Both the position numbers and the translations under genes were made by a program. The notes beneath the pieces are model-generated. The model saw nothing but the letters and a program-made list of their open reading frames with translations. It made no database searches and was not told the DNA's origin. A stretch of DNA of 64,000 nucleotides from an uncultured Ignavibacteriales bacterium (GTDB taxonomy: Bacteria > Zixibacteria > MSB-5A5 > GN15 > FEB-12): assembly GCA_964464605.1 (NCBI GenBank), contig CAYXJN010000005.1, forward strand, positions 248,001 through 312,000, written 5' to 3'. Below, piece after piece: positions 39,448 through 49,376 of this stretch. Within the stretch, counting starts at the first letter, position 1. Every line of letters begins with the position of its first letter.

Positions 39448-40665
39448 ATGCGCGTGGCCGTTGTTGGTGGTGGGGCCGCTGGGTTTTTTGGCGCGCTTTC
39501 GGCAGCCAAGCACTTCCCTAAAAGCAAGATTACTATTTTCGAATCAACAAATGAACCGCTCGACAAAGTGCGTATCTCCGGCGGCGGAAGGTGCAATGTC
39601 ACCCACAACTGCATGGTACCGTCGGAATTGGTGAAAAACTATCCACGCGGATACAAAGAGCTGCTCGGACCGTTTTATACCTTTCAGCCGAAAGATACAA
39701 TTAATTGGTTTGCGGAACGGGGCGTGAAGCTGAAAGCAGAGAAGGATGGGCGGATGTTTCCGATAACCGATAGCTCATCCACTATTATCGATTGTCTTAT
39801 CAATGCCGTCGAAGATGCTGACATCACGCTCCGATTGAATACTCTCGTCAAAAAGATAACGCGGGAAACATCCTCGTTCACAATAGAATTACACGAAGCG
39901 CCGAGTGAAACGCTCGATAAAGTATTGATAACGACCGGCAGCAGCCATCAGGGATATCGCTTCGCGCAGTCGCTGGGACATACGATTGTGCCGTGTGTGC
40001 CCTCTTTGTTTACCTTCAAGATATCTGATTTACGGTTGAATGATTTGAGCGGCATCAGTTTTGAGCAGGTGCATCTTACTTTGAGTGATGGCGGAACCAA
40101 ACTGCTTGAACAGCGCGGGCCGATGTTGGTCACGCACTGGGGATTAAGCGGCCCCGCGATTTTGAAATTGTCGGCTTGGGGGGCAAGGATGCTCCATGAG
40201 CGAAAGTATCATGCCGATTTATTCGTCAATTTCATTCCCGATAATACATCCGAAGAAGTGCTCCAACGCATGCGCATGTTCAAAGATCAACATGGCCGCA
40301 AACGGGTGATGACTGACAGCCCGTTCGATTTGCCAAAACGGTTCTGGGGGCGGATAGTCGACTATGTCGAAATTCCGGAAACCTGCTTATGGTCTGCTAT
40401 CAAGAAAGAGCAGCTTGCCGCTTTGTGTGAACAGCTAACGCATGCCAAATTTGCTGTCATCGGTAAGGGAATTTTCAAAGAGGAATTTGTCACCTGCGGG
40501 GGAGTGCCGCTTAACGAAGTCGACTTTCGCACCATGCAAAGCAAAATCTGTCCCGGTTTGTATTTCGCAGGAGAGGTGCTCGATATCGACGGTATCACCG
40601 GCGGATTCAATTTTCAAAGCGCTTGGACAACCGGCTGGATAGCCGGAAAAAGTATCGGACTCTAA
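39448..40665 (+). CDS. HI0933/BaiN/YhiN family flavoprotein
   Basis: GGGAAG, ISGGGRCNVT, THWGLSGP, VTCGG and GGFNFQ motifs. Confidence 0.93.
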   Translation: MRVAVVGGGAAGFFGALSAAKHFPKSKITIFESTNEPLDKVRISGGGRCNVTHNCMVPSELVKNYPRGYKELLGPFYTFQPKDTINWFAERGVKLKAEKDGRMFPITDSSSTIIDCLINAVEDADITLRLNTLVKKITRETSSFTIELHEAPSETLDKVLITTGSSHQGYRFAQSLGHTIVPCVPSLFTFKISDLRLNDLSGISFEQVHLTLSDGGTKLLEQRGPMLVTHWGLSGPAILKLSAWGARMLHERKYHADLFVNFIPDNTSEEVLQRMRMFKDQHGRKRVMTDSPFDLPKRFWGRIVDYVEIPETCLWSAIKKEQLAALCEQLTHAKFAVIGKGIFKEEFVTCGGVPLNEVDFRTMQSKICPGLYFAGEVLDIDGITGGFNFQSAWTTGWIAGKSIGL

Positions 40666-40738
40666 TAGCGAACTTGCCAATCTTATCCCTATTCGCTACT
40701 ATTTGTGAAAGGAATTGAACGATCACGTAGGGAGAAGT

Positions 40739-43700
40739 ATGCGATCGCTTTGGCAGTTTTTTACCCGTCATAGAGTTCTCGGCGCAATAACCGTATCAGC
40801 ATGTGTCCTGGCCTGCTGGGCATCAATCGGCCTTTTGGCTCAGGGAGGCAAAAGCGGCCCAAATCTGAAAGTCAAAGTCGACAAATTCGAACCCGAAGGG
40901 GAAACGCATCCAGCGACGAACATAACGGTCACCTTTTCTGACAATTTGGTACCATCCGACACTATCGACAAACCGACCAACAACCATCCTCTGAAATTCG
41001 ATCCGCCGATTTCCGGCTATGCGCGATGGATTGCACCGAACACACTCCGCTACTTTCCCGATGAACAGCTTCGCCCTGCTACAGTCTACACGGCCAGCAT
41101 AAGCACCTCCGGTTCATACTTGAGCGGAAACCGTATCGATGAAAAGCGTACATTCAAATTCGGAACCGCACGGCTTGGTATCAGCAGCAATAACTGGTAC
41201 ACCCAGGCTGATCCGGAACAGCCGAAGATGGTTCGTATTTACGGTTACCTCAGTTTCAATTACGAAGTGTTTTCCGAAAGCCTGCGGGACAAGTTACGCA
41301 TCAAAGGGAAAACCGATGCTGCGGTTGGGGACGTCCAGTTTGATATCATGAGTGATGAGATGTCGGCGGAAGATGGCACGATGTCGGTTCCGGCCTATCG
41401 CTCGTATTTTACAATTGTTTCCGCGCCGATTCCGATTGAAAAAGCAAAACAGGAATATCAGGTGCGTATTGCCCCCGGTCTTTCCTGCCGCCAGTGCGGT
41501 GAGGATTTGCAAATGGATTTCGTGACAACGGTTACGGTCGCGGAACGCCAGCCGCTGGTGGTTCGGCATGTGACATCGGTTTCGGAAGCGAAACGATCTT
41601 CCATCTATATTGAACTCTCACAGCGTGTGCTGCTGGAAAGCGCAAAATCGAAAATTACGGTCTCACCGGCTGTTGATTTTCGTATCGATGCTGAATGGCA
41701 GCAATTGATTCTTCGCGGTGATTTTTTGCCGGGGCAGAGTTACACCGTTACCATTGCTTCCGGTATTCAGGCGCTAAACGGCGGCGAGCTTGAGCGTGAG
41801 TTCTCCACGACCGTTACGATACGGGACTTGGAGCCATCGCTATCATTTGCCGCGCAAGGTGTCTATCTCCCAAAACAGGGCGCAAAATTATTAGAAATTG
41901 AAACGGTCAATGTCGATACGCTGTTAGTTGAGGTGAAACGCATCTTTGCGAATAACATTGTCTATGCGCTTTCATCTGGGCTCGACCAGCCCGATTATTG
42001 GGGGGAATCGAATTTTTCTTCTGTCGGTAAAGATTTTTTTGCAAAAGAAAAGCAGCTCGACTATGTAAAAAACCGGGCGCTGGTTACAACGGTTGACTTG
42101 GGTGCGATTATCGGCGACAGCACACAGGGTATTTACAAGGTCTACGCGCGCGATAAACAGCGGCGCTGGCAAAATGAAAGTCGGATGACGCTCTTGACCG
42201 ATATCGGTATTTCGGCACGGTTGGGTGAAGATTACCTGATGGTCTGGGTCAATTCATTGACCAATGTCGCTCCCATTTCCGGCGCGACAGTTACGCTGTT
42301 AAGTAAAAATAATCAAACCCTTGCCACGGGTAAAACCAACAATAAGGGTGTGCTGGCGATAAATCATATCAAAGATAAGCTCACCGGTTTCGAGCCCTAT
42401 CTTATTCTGGTAGAAAACAAAAATGATCTCGGTTATCTCCGCTTTGTCGATTGCCAGCTTTCGACGGAAAATTTCGATACGGATGGCCGTTCCTATTTAG
42501 TGAGCGGTTACGAAGCGTTCTTATATACCGACCGCGGTGTCTATCGCCCCGGGGACACGCTACATCTTGGTTCAATTGTTCGTGGTCGCAACAGTACAGT
42601 ACCGGAAGAGTTTCCGTACACGATTACCCTCTATGATCCGACCGGCGCGACATTCACGACTATTCGCACCAACACCAAGGGTGGGGCATTCTTTACCGAG
42701 TCGATTGCGCTGCCGAGTTTTTCGCGAACAGGGAAGTATCGCATAGTCGCGCAAATCGGCGAGGACAAAGTTATCGGCTCAATTGAAGTGCAGATCGAAG
42801 AATTTGTACCGGATAAAATAGCAGTTGATATCAAAACCGATCGGCAGGCATACAAGCAAGGGGATACGGTTCGTATCGATGTGCAAAGTAAATATCTATT
42901 TGGCCCTCCGGCAAAAGGACATACTGCAACCGGTGCGATTCGCTTGGAGCAACTGCTTTTTGCTCCGGCGAAATACAAAGATTTTACGTTTACCGATGGC
43001 TCCCGTCAGTTCGCACCCTTTACCAGTCAGTTATCGCAAGGGATGCTCAGTGATTCCGGAACGTATCGTTTCAATTATCCTTTGTCGACCGGTTTAATGC
43101 CTCCTTCTTCATTGAAAGGATTAGTTTCAGTTTCAGTCAGCGAACAGGGAGGAAGAGCAGTCAGCGATTACACCGAAATCGTACTGCATCCGTACACGCG
43201 CTATATAGGGGTGCGAACTGAGTTAAACGGATATGCTGATCCGGGTGTTGCGATGAGCGCGAAAATTATCGCAGTCGATCCGGATGGGAACGCAACAACG
43301 GCATCATCTGTGAAAGTAGTTTGCTATCAGGAAGTGTGGGAAACTATTCTGCGAATGGATAAACGGAATCGCTACTCATACGTTTCCGAAAAGAAAATGG
43401 TACCGCTTGATTCGCAGACCATATCGGTACCGGCCGCAGGAACCTCGGTTTCCTTTACGCCGCCGAATTACGGCAGCTACCGCATTGTCGCGACGGATAT
43501 TGAGCAGAAGCATACGACATCGACATCATTCTACGCTTCCGGATGGGGGTATGCGCCGTGGGCGATGGAGTCTCCGGAGCGAATTGAAGTCGACTTAGAC
43601 AAAAAGGAATACGCTGTTGGTGAAAAAGCCTCTGTTCAGGTTCGTGCGCCGTTCGGTGGAACGCTGCTGTTGACCGTCGAAAAGGATCAGGTGCTTGAGT

Positions 43701-46189
43701 ATATCCGTGTTGAAATGAAAGAAAACACGGCAACCATTCCGCTTACAGTCAAAGCGGATTGGTTCCCGAATGCGTACATAACGGTGACCGTTATTAAAAA
43801 CGCGGCAAATATCACACCGAAAGCACCGGCTCGCGCCTTTGGCGTTGCTCCGGTGATGGTTAAAAATCCGAAGAAGATTTTACCGATGACAGTCAAAGCG
43901 CCGGAAGTGGTTACCTCCCGCAGCAAGCTTTCCGTGCAAGTTAATGCCGGAACACCGGGAGTCAGTACGATTACCGTCGCCGCAGTCGATGTCGGCATTA
44001 CCCGATTGACCGATTTCAAGAAACCGGATCCGGTCACGTTTTTCTACGGCAAACGGGGAATGACGCTCAAAATGTACGATCTGTACTCTTTTATTTTCCC
44101 GGAAGTGCCTCGTTCAGGCAGTAATCTAACACCGGGTGGTGACAGGATGTTCGCGATGGCACGGCTGAAACATTTGAATCCAATCACCAGCGCACGCCGG
44201 ATAAAATCAGTTGCGCTTTGGTCGGGTAAAGTTACGACCGACAAAGCTGGGATTGCGACTGTTACGTTTGATGTTCCTGATTTCAGCGGTGCGCTGGCCG
44301 TGATGGTGGTCGGTGTGCAGGGGGATAAATTCGGTTCTGCCGAAACGGAAGTCATTGTTCGCGACAAAATCGTCGTGCAGGAAAGTTTCCCGCGCTTTAT
44401 TGCTCCCAATGATCGCGCCGACGGTTTAATAACGGTGTTCAACAACACTGGACAACAGAAAGATATTACTGTTTCGCTCAAACTCAACGGCCAGGCACGG
44501 TTGATATCAGCTGCGGAACAGACAGTAACGGTGCCCAATGATGCAGAACACTCGGTTCGATTCTCATTCACCGGACTCGAAGCTCCCGGTGTTGTTTCGT
44601 TCAATGTTACTGCAACCGACGGAGAAAACAGATCGCAAATCAGTTTTGAATTGCCCAACCGTCCCCCGCAGCCATTGAAAACGATCTTTGGTTCCGGAGT
44701 GGTTACGGCAACAGAGCCGGCAAATTTCACGCTACCGTCTGACTGGATCGCTGGAACGGATGAGTACATTGTACGAACTTCGTCACTGTCATCCGTTGCA
44801 CTGAGCAAGAATCTGGAATTTTTAGTGCGGTATCCGTATGGCTGTTTGGAGCAGACAACTTCGCAGGTCTTTCCACTGCTCTATTTTTCATCACTCGCAA
44901 AGTTTCTTGATCCAAAACTGACCAATTCGAAAGGACCGGAGTACTTTGTTCAGGAGGGAATCGCGAAAATTCAGAACCTGATGCTGCCGGATGGCTCATT
45001 AGCGTATTGGGAAGGGGCGCGGCAGGAACATCCCTGGTCAACAGTGTATGCATCCCATTTTATTCTCGAAGCCAAAAACGCCGGATATAGTGTCGATGAA
45101 AAGTTCAGCAAAAAAATCGAGGAACGCTTAAAGCAGATTGCGTCCGGCAATACCGGAAACACCAATTTTTCGACACGGGTTTATGCAGCATATGCGCTCT
45201 CAGCGCGGGGATTGCTTGAACAAAAAGTGCTGAATGGGTTGAAGGCAATCGCCATCGATTCCCTGCCGCCGTATTCACGCTATCAGTTTGCCGGCATATT
45301 GTTGGCAGCCGGTGATCGTGAAGGAGCGCGAGCGCTAATTCCGACACAAATTCAACCGGAAACATTCGAACCGGAAACCGGCGGTAATTTCAATTCCGGT
45401 GTTCGCACCGACGCAATTTTGCTTACGGTGCTGAATAGTCTTGAACCACAAAGCCCGTCATGCGCGGTACTCGCTAAATCATTGATGGATCAGGCGACGG
45501 TCAATCGCTGGTACACCACACAGGAAAATGCATTCGGGCTTATGGCGCTTGGGAAATATCTCAAAGGACAACCGGCTGTAAACTTCACCGGAAAGCTCTC
45601 AATCGCCGGAGATACGGTGCTAACATTCGGCGTTGCTGATTTCAAAGTAAACCGGAAACGAATCGGTGGAAAATCAGTTTCTCTTTCTCTTACCGGAACC
45701 GGCCCAGCATACTATTACTGGCAGGCGAGTGGTGTTCCAACCGGTACGAAAATCGAAGAGTTTTCACGAGGAATCGTTTTGCAGCGGCAATATCTGAATG
45801 CAGATGGTCAGCCGTTGAATTTAGACTCAGTGCAGGTTGGCGCACAGATTATCTGCAAGATAACCGCGACCGCAAAAGATCAGATCTTATATAATGTGTG
45901 TATCAATGACCTGTTGCCTGCCGGACTTGAAATCGAAAATCCGCGCTTGCAAACAACACCGCGACTTGCTTGGCTGCCTGCCAATAAAGGATCGATTCAA
46001 AATCAGGATATGCGGGATGACCGTTTCCTGTTGTTCGCGACGTTAACGCCGGGACAAACCCTGGAATTTCATTACAGTCTTCGCGCAGTCTCGACCGGTG
46101 CGTTTACAATTCCACCGATTGCCGCTGAGTGCATGTACAACCCGCTGATCGCCGCGAGCGCATCATCCGGAGCGATAACAATCAGGTAG
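40739..46189 (+). CDS. Bacterial alpha-2-macroglobulin (YfhM-like)
   Basis: TDRGVYRPGD, intact thioester YPYGCLEQ, TTQE, DLLPAGLE and AECMY motifs; ATG at 40739. Confidence 0.95.
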   Translation: MRSLWQFFTRHRVLGAITVSACVLACWASIGLLAQGGKSGPNLKVKVDKFEPEGETHPATNITVTFSDNLVPSDTIDKPTNNHPLKFDPPISGYARWIAPNTLRYFPDEQLRPATVYTASISTSGSYLSGNRIDEKRTFKFGTARLGISSNNWYTQADPEQPKMVRIYGYLSFNYEVFSESLRDKLRIKGKTDAAVGDVQFDIMSDEMSAEDGTMSVPAYRSYFTIVSAPIPIEKAKQEYQVRIAPGLSCRQCGEDLQMDFVTTVTVAERQPLVVRHVTSVSEAKRSSIYIELSQRVLLESAKSKITVSPAVDFRIDAEWQQLILRGDFLPGQSYTVTIASGIQALNGGELEREFSTTVTIRDLEPSLSFAAQGVYLPKQGAKLLEIETVNVDTLLVEVKRIFANNIVYALSSGLDQPDYWGESNFSSVGKDFFAKEKQLDYVKNRALVTTVDLGAIIGDSTQGIYKVYARDKQRRWQNESRMTLLTDIGISARLGEDYLMVWVNSLTNVAPISGATVTLLSKNNQTLATGKTNNKGVLAINHIKDKLTGFEPYLILVENKNDLGYLRFVDCQLSTENFDTDGRSYLVSGYEAFLYTDRGVYRPGDTLHLGSIVRGRNSTVPEEFPYTITLYDPTGATFTTIRTNTKGGAFFTESIALPSFSRTGKYRIVAQIGEDKVIGSIEVQIEEFVPDKIAVDIKTDRQAYKQGDTVRIDVQSKYLFGPPAKGHTATGAIRLEQLLFAPAKYKDFTFTDGSRQFAPFTSQLSQGMLSDSGTYRFNYPLSTGLMPPSSLKGLVSVSVSEQGGRAVSDYTEIVLHPYTRYIGVRTELNGYADPGVAMSAKIIAVDPDGNATTASSVKVVCYQEVWETILRMDKRNRYSYVSEKKMVPLDSQTISVPAAGTSVSFTPPNYGSYRIVATDIEQKHTTSTSFYASGWGYAPWAMESPERIEVDLDKKEYAVGEKASVQVRAPFGGTLLLTVEKDQVLEYIRVEMKENTATIPLTVKADWFPNAYITVTVIKNAANITPKAPARAFGVAPVMVKNPKKILPMTVKAPEVVTSRSKLSVQVNAGTPGVSTITVAAVDVGITRLTDFKKPDPVTFFYGKRGMTLKMYDLYSFIFPEVPRSGSNLTPGGDRMFAMARLKHLNPITSARRIKSVALWSGKVTTDKAGIATVTFDVPDFSGALAVMVVGVQGDKFGSAETEVIVRDKIVVQESFPRFIAPNDRADGLITVFNNTGQQKDITVSLKLNGQARLISAAEQTVTVPNDAEHSVRFSFTGLEAPGVVSFNVTATDGENRSQISFELPNRPPQPLKTIFGSGVVTATEPANFTLPSDWIAGTDEYIVRTSSLSSVALSKNLEFLVRYPYGCLEQTTSQVFPLLYFSSLAKFLDPKLTNSKGPEYFVQEGIAKIQNLMLPDGSLAYWEGARQEHPWSTVYASHFILEAKNAGYSVDEKFSKKIEERLKQIASGNTGNTNFSTRVYAAYALSARGLLEQKVLNGLKAIAIDSLPPYSRYQFAGILLAAGDREGARALIPTQIQPETFEPETGGNFNSGVRTDAILLTVLNSLEPQSPSCAVLAKSLMDQATVNRWYTTQENAFGLMALGKYLKGQPAVNFTGKLSIAGDTVLTFGVADFKVNRKRIGGKSVSLSLTGTGPAYYYWQASGVPTGTKIEEFSRGIVLQRQYLNADGQPLNLDSVQVGAQIICKITATAKDQILYNVCINDLLPAGLEIENPRLQTTPRLAWLPANKGSIQNQDMRDDRFLLFATLTPGQTLEFHYSLRAVSTGAFTIPPIAAECMYNPLIAASASSGAITIR

Positions 46190-46193
46190 AAGC

Positions 46194-48530
46194 ATGCAGC
46201 GTTTCGGTTTTATAACACGTCTCTGGCAGTATCGCTGGTTTCGATATCCGGCGATGCTGATTGGTGGCGTACTGTTTTCTTTTTTCACGCTCAATCTGAT
46301 TTTTCCGCTGCCGGTTGAAAAGCTGACTCGACCGCATGCGCGAATTGTTTTCAGCCGTGAGGGGGAAGCATTGAACCTGCTGACCTCCGATGATCGCTTC
46401 TGGCGATTCCCGACTGTGCTCGATAGCATTGCGCCGATTATGATAACAACGGCAACGGCGGTAGAAGACCGCTGGTTTCGGTATCATCCCGGTATCAATC
46501 CTATTGCGCTGGTGTCTGCGTTTGTGACGAATCTCTCGGAGGGGCGTATCGTACGCGGCGGCTCGACAATTACGATGCAGGTTGCGCGAATGATGGAACC
46601 GAAAGAGCGCACGGTCGGCTCAAAAGCAATCGAACTCTTTCGCGCATTGCAATTGGAGTTTCATTTTTCCAAGAAAGAGCTGCTGCAATACTATTTCAAT
46701 CTCGCGCCGTATGGTGGCAACCTTGAAGGCGTCAGCGCTGCGGCCTGGTTTTATTTTGGAAAACAGCCGCATCAATTGACGATTTCCGAGGCGGCGATTC
46801 TGGCTGCGATTCCGATGTCACCGAATCGATATCGGCCGGATATAAACCCGGAAGCATGTCGCATGCGGCGAGATAAGATTCTCACATCGGTACATGGACA
46901 AGGGCTCTTAACAGAGCAACAATACAACGATGCAAAAGCGGAAGAGATTCCGGTCGCACGAAACAATCGCCCAGACTTAGCGCCGCATTTTTGCCTTACT
47001 GTAGCTGCACGATATCCGAATCGGTCAGTGCTGCGTACTACAATCGATGCGCATACGCAGCGAATCTGCGAACAGGTAGCCAAGCAATATTATCCGAGCC
47101 TTTTGGAGCGTGGTATTCATTCGGTGAGTGTTGTCGTGTTGGATAATCAGCGCAGTGAACTGCTCGCGATGGTCGGTTCACCGATGTTCGATGATATCGC
47201 ACATGGCGGCCAAATTAACGGCACACTTTCACCCCGTTCACCCGGTTCGACTTTGAAGCCGTTTATTTATGCGCTGGCAATTGATAGTGGCTTACTGACC
47301 CCTGCAACGACACTTGCAGATATTCCGGTTTCGTATTCAGGATATAAACCGGATAATTATGATGACTCCTATCATGGCATCGTGAGTCTTGAGGAAGCCT
47401 TAACCCGTTCCTTCAATGTCCCGGCTGTGAATGTCACCGCGCAAATCGGTGTACCGACCTTTTGCAGTTTCTTAAAGCAGGGTGGACTTACTACCGTTAC
47501 CGGGAAACCGTACGATTATGGACTTCCTATCATTTTAGGCGCAGTTGATGTTTCGCTCTACGAGCTTTGCAATCTCTACGCAACATTGGCGAGGGGAGGG
47601 GAGTACTGCCCGGTGAAAATGCTGCTTTCATCGGATAGTGTCGTATCCAGACGATTGCTTTCGAAGGCATCGGCATGGCTCACGACCGATATGCTCAAGA
47701 ACCTGGAACGTCCGGAACTCAATTCTTCATGGGAGTTTTCACGTGAGCTGCCGACTATCGCCTGGAAAACCGGAACTTCGTATGGCCGAAAAGATGGCTG
47801 GGCAATCGGCTATACACCTCGCTATACCGTCGGAGTTTGGACCGGTAATATGGATGGGGCAGGGTCGCCGTACATAGTCGGTATCGAAACTGCCGCGCCG
47901 CTGATGATCGATATTTTCAATGCGATCGACCGCAAGAACGCCGACAAATGGTTCCCGAAACCGGAAAATGTTCGTACCCGGTTAGTCTGTTCAGTAACCG
48001 GTTTACTGCCGAATGAACATTGCCCGCATACGATACTCGCCGAATATGTGTATGGAGTAACGTCGCTTGAGCAATGCCGGGTACACCAGCAGGTTGTCGT
48101 CGCCCAAAAAACAGGCTATCAAGTTTGTCCCCTATGTGCAGGAACTGTTCACACTGATACAGTTACGATTGAACAGTGGCAGCCGAAAATAGCCTCGTGG
48201 TTGTTAGCCAGCGGTATGAGCAAACCTCTGCCGCAGCATAACCCGCTCTGCAGCCGCATGCTGGCTGAAGATAAACCGGTGATTATTTCCCCGGAGAATA
48301 AAGCGGTGTATGAAATCCGGGCTGATGTTCCGATTCAACATCAGCAGATCCTTTTCAATGCTTCAACGACAGGTGCGACCCGCAAAGTGCATTGGTTTTT
48401 GGATGATAATTTGTACGCCACTCTATCAAGCAGTGAGCAGTTGTTTTACACGCCGACTGAAGGGAAACATAGTCTTCGCTGTGTCGACGAAAACGGCCGT
48501 TCCCATACTGTCACATTTACCGTTCAATAG
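46194..48530 (+). CDS. pbpC: Penicillin-binding protein 1C
   Basis: EDRWF..HPG and GGSTITMQ transglycosylase motifs; STLK, SFN and KTG transpeptidase motifs; BiPBP_C tail; adjacent to A2M. Confidence 0.95.
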   Translation: MQRFGFITRLWQYRWFRYPAMLIGGVLFSFFTLNLIFPLPVEKLTRPHARIVFSREGEALNLLTSDDRFWRFPTVLDSIAPIMITTATAVEDRWFRYHPGINPIALVSAFVTNLSEGRIVRGGSTITMQVARMMEPKERTVGSKAIELFRALQLEFHFSKKELLQYYFNLAPYGGNLEGVSAAAWFYFGKQPHQLTISEAAILAAIPMSPNRYRPDINPEACRMRRDKILTSVHGQGLLTEQQYNDAKAEEIPVARNNRPDLAPHFCLTVAARYPNRSVLRTTIDAHTQRICEQVAKQYYPSLLERGIHSVSVVVLDNQRSELLAMVGSPMFDDIAHGGQINGTLSPRSPGSTLKPFIYALAIDSGLLTPATTLADIPVSYSGYKPDNYDDSYHGIVSLEEALTRSFNVPAVNVTAQIGVPTFCSFLKQGGLTTVTGKPYDYGLPIILGAVDVSLYELCNLYATLARGGEYCPVKMLLSSDSVVSRRLLSKASAWLTTDMLKNLERPELNSSWEFSRELPTIAWKTGTSYGRKDGWAIGYTPRYTVGVWTGNMDGAGSPYIVGIETAAPLMIDIFNAIDRKNADKWFPKPENVRTRLVCSVTGLLPNEHCPHTILAEYVYGVTSLEQCRVHQQVVVAQKTGYQVCPLCAGTVHTDTVTIEQWQPKIASWLLASGMSKPLPQHNPLCSRMLAEDKPVIISPENKAVYEIRADVPIQHQQILFNASTTGATRKVHWFLDDNLYATLSSSEQLFYTPTEGKHSLRCVDENGRSHTVTFTVQ

Positions 48531-48565
48531 ATTGCGAACCAGTTTAAAATGAGTATTTTTCTGCC

Positions 48566-49255
48566 ATGTGCGGCCGATATATCCTTGCTCTAACGCTGGC
48601 GCTCTTAGCCGAGCGATTTGGTCTCTATAATATAGAAGCAGAAATAATCATGAATTTGCTGCCGCGGTATAACTTCGCGCCAAGTCAATTGGCACCGATT
48701 ATCACCCAGCAAGCCACTCGGCAGCTTGAAGTCATGCGGTGGGGACTGATACCATCCTGGGCAAAGGATGATTCCTTCGCGAGCAAAATGATCAATGCGC
48801 GCTCTGAAACGATAACCGAGAAACCATCCTTCAGAAAACTGATAGATCGTTCACGAGTGTTGGTGCCGTCAACCGGGTTCTACGAATGGCGGGAACGACC
48901 GGGTGGGAAACGGGAACCGGTTCGCATTGTTTTGCAGGATGAGTCAGTGTTTGCTTTCGCTGGACTCGCAGATACCTGGCGAAAGCCGGATGGCTCCGAG
49001 CTGAAATCATTTACTATCATTACTACTGAAGCAAATGAGTTGTTAAAACCGGTACATGATCGAATGCCGGTCATTCTACCAAAAGAATCCGAAGCCGAGT
49101 GGCTTGATTCGTCACGAAAGGGTAATGACGTTCTGGCATTGCTTAAACCATATCCGGCAGAGGCAATGGATTTTCATGCAGTCACAGCGCTTGTCAATAA
49201 CCCCCGCAACGATTCTCCGCTTTGTATCGAAAAAATGCCTGCTTCTGAGAGTTAA
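48566..49255 (+). CDS. SRAP/HMCES (YedK-like) abasic-site processing protein
   Basis: N-terminal MCGRY; RWGLIP, INARSE, GFYEW and HDRMP motifs. Confidence 0.95.
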   Translation: MCGRYILALTLALLAERFGLYNIEAEIIMNLLPRYNFAPSQLAPIITQQATRQLEVMRWGLIPSWAKDDSFASKMINARSETITEKPSFRKLIDRSRVLVPSTGFYEWRERPGGKREPVRIVLQDESVFAFAGLADTWRKPDGSELKSFTIITTEANELLKPVHDRMPVILPKESEAEWLDSSRKGNDVLALLKPYPAEAMDFHAVTALVNNPRNDSPLCIEKMPASES

Positions 49256-49376
49256 CGCACCTTTTCCACCCCCTTTACCCAACTTGCACATTCCTATTCA
49301 TTTGTATAGTATTGACTGTCTATACGCAGAAATTCGAAATTTGCCATTCACCATATCTCGCTACCGGAGGTGTACT

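Noticed and set aside
44044..44808. Long antisense ORFs (this one, also 28719-29405, 35677-36360, 56885-57514)
   Set aside because: Shadows of well-supported genes on the opposite strand, with no motifs of their own
49056..49376. N-terminal extension of the 645-aa ORF
   Set aside because: It overlaps the SRAP gene; the RBS and signal peptide indicate a start at 49377
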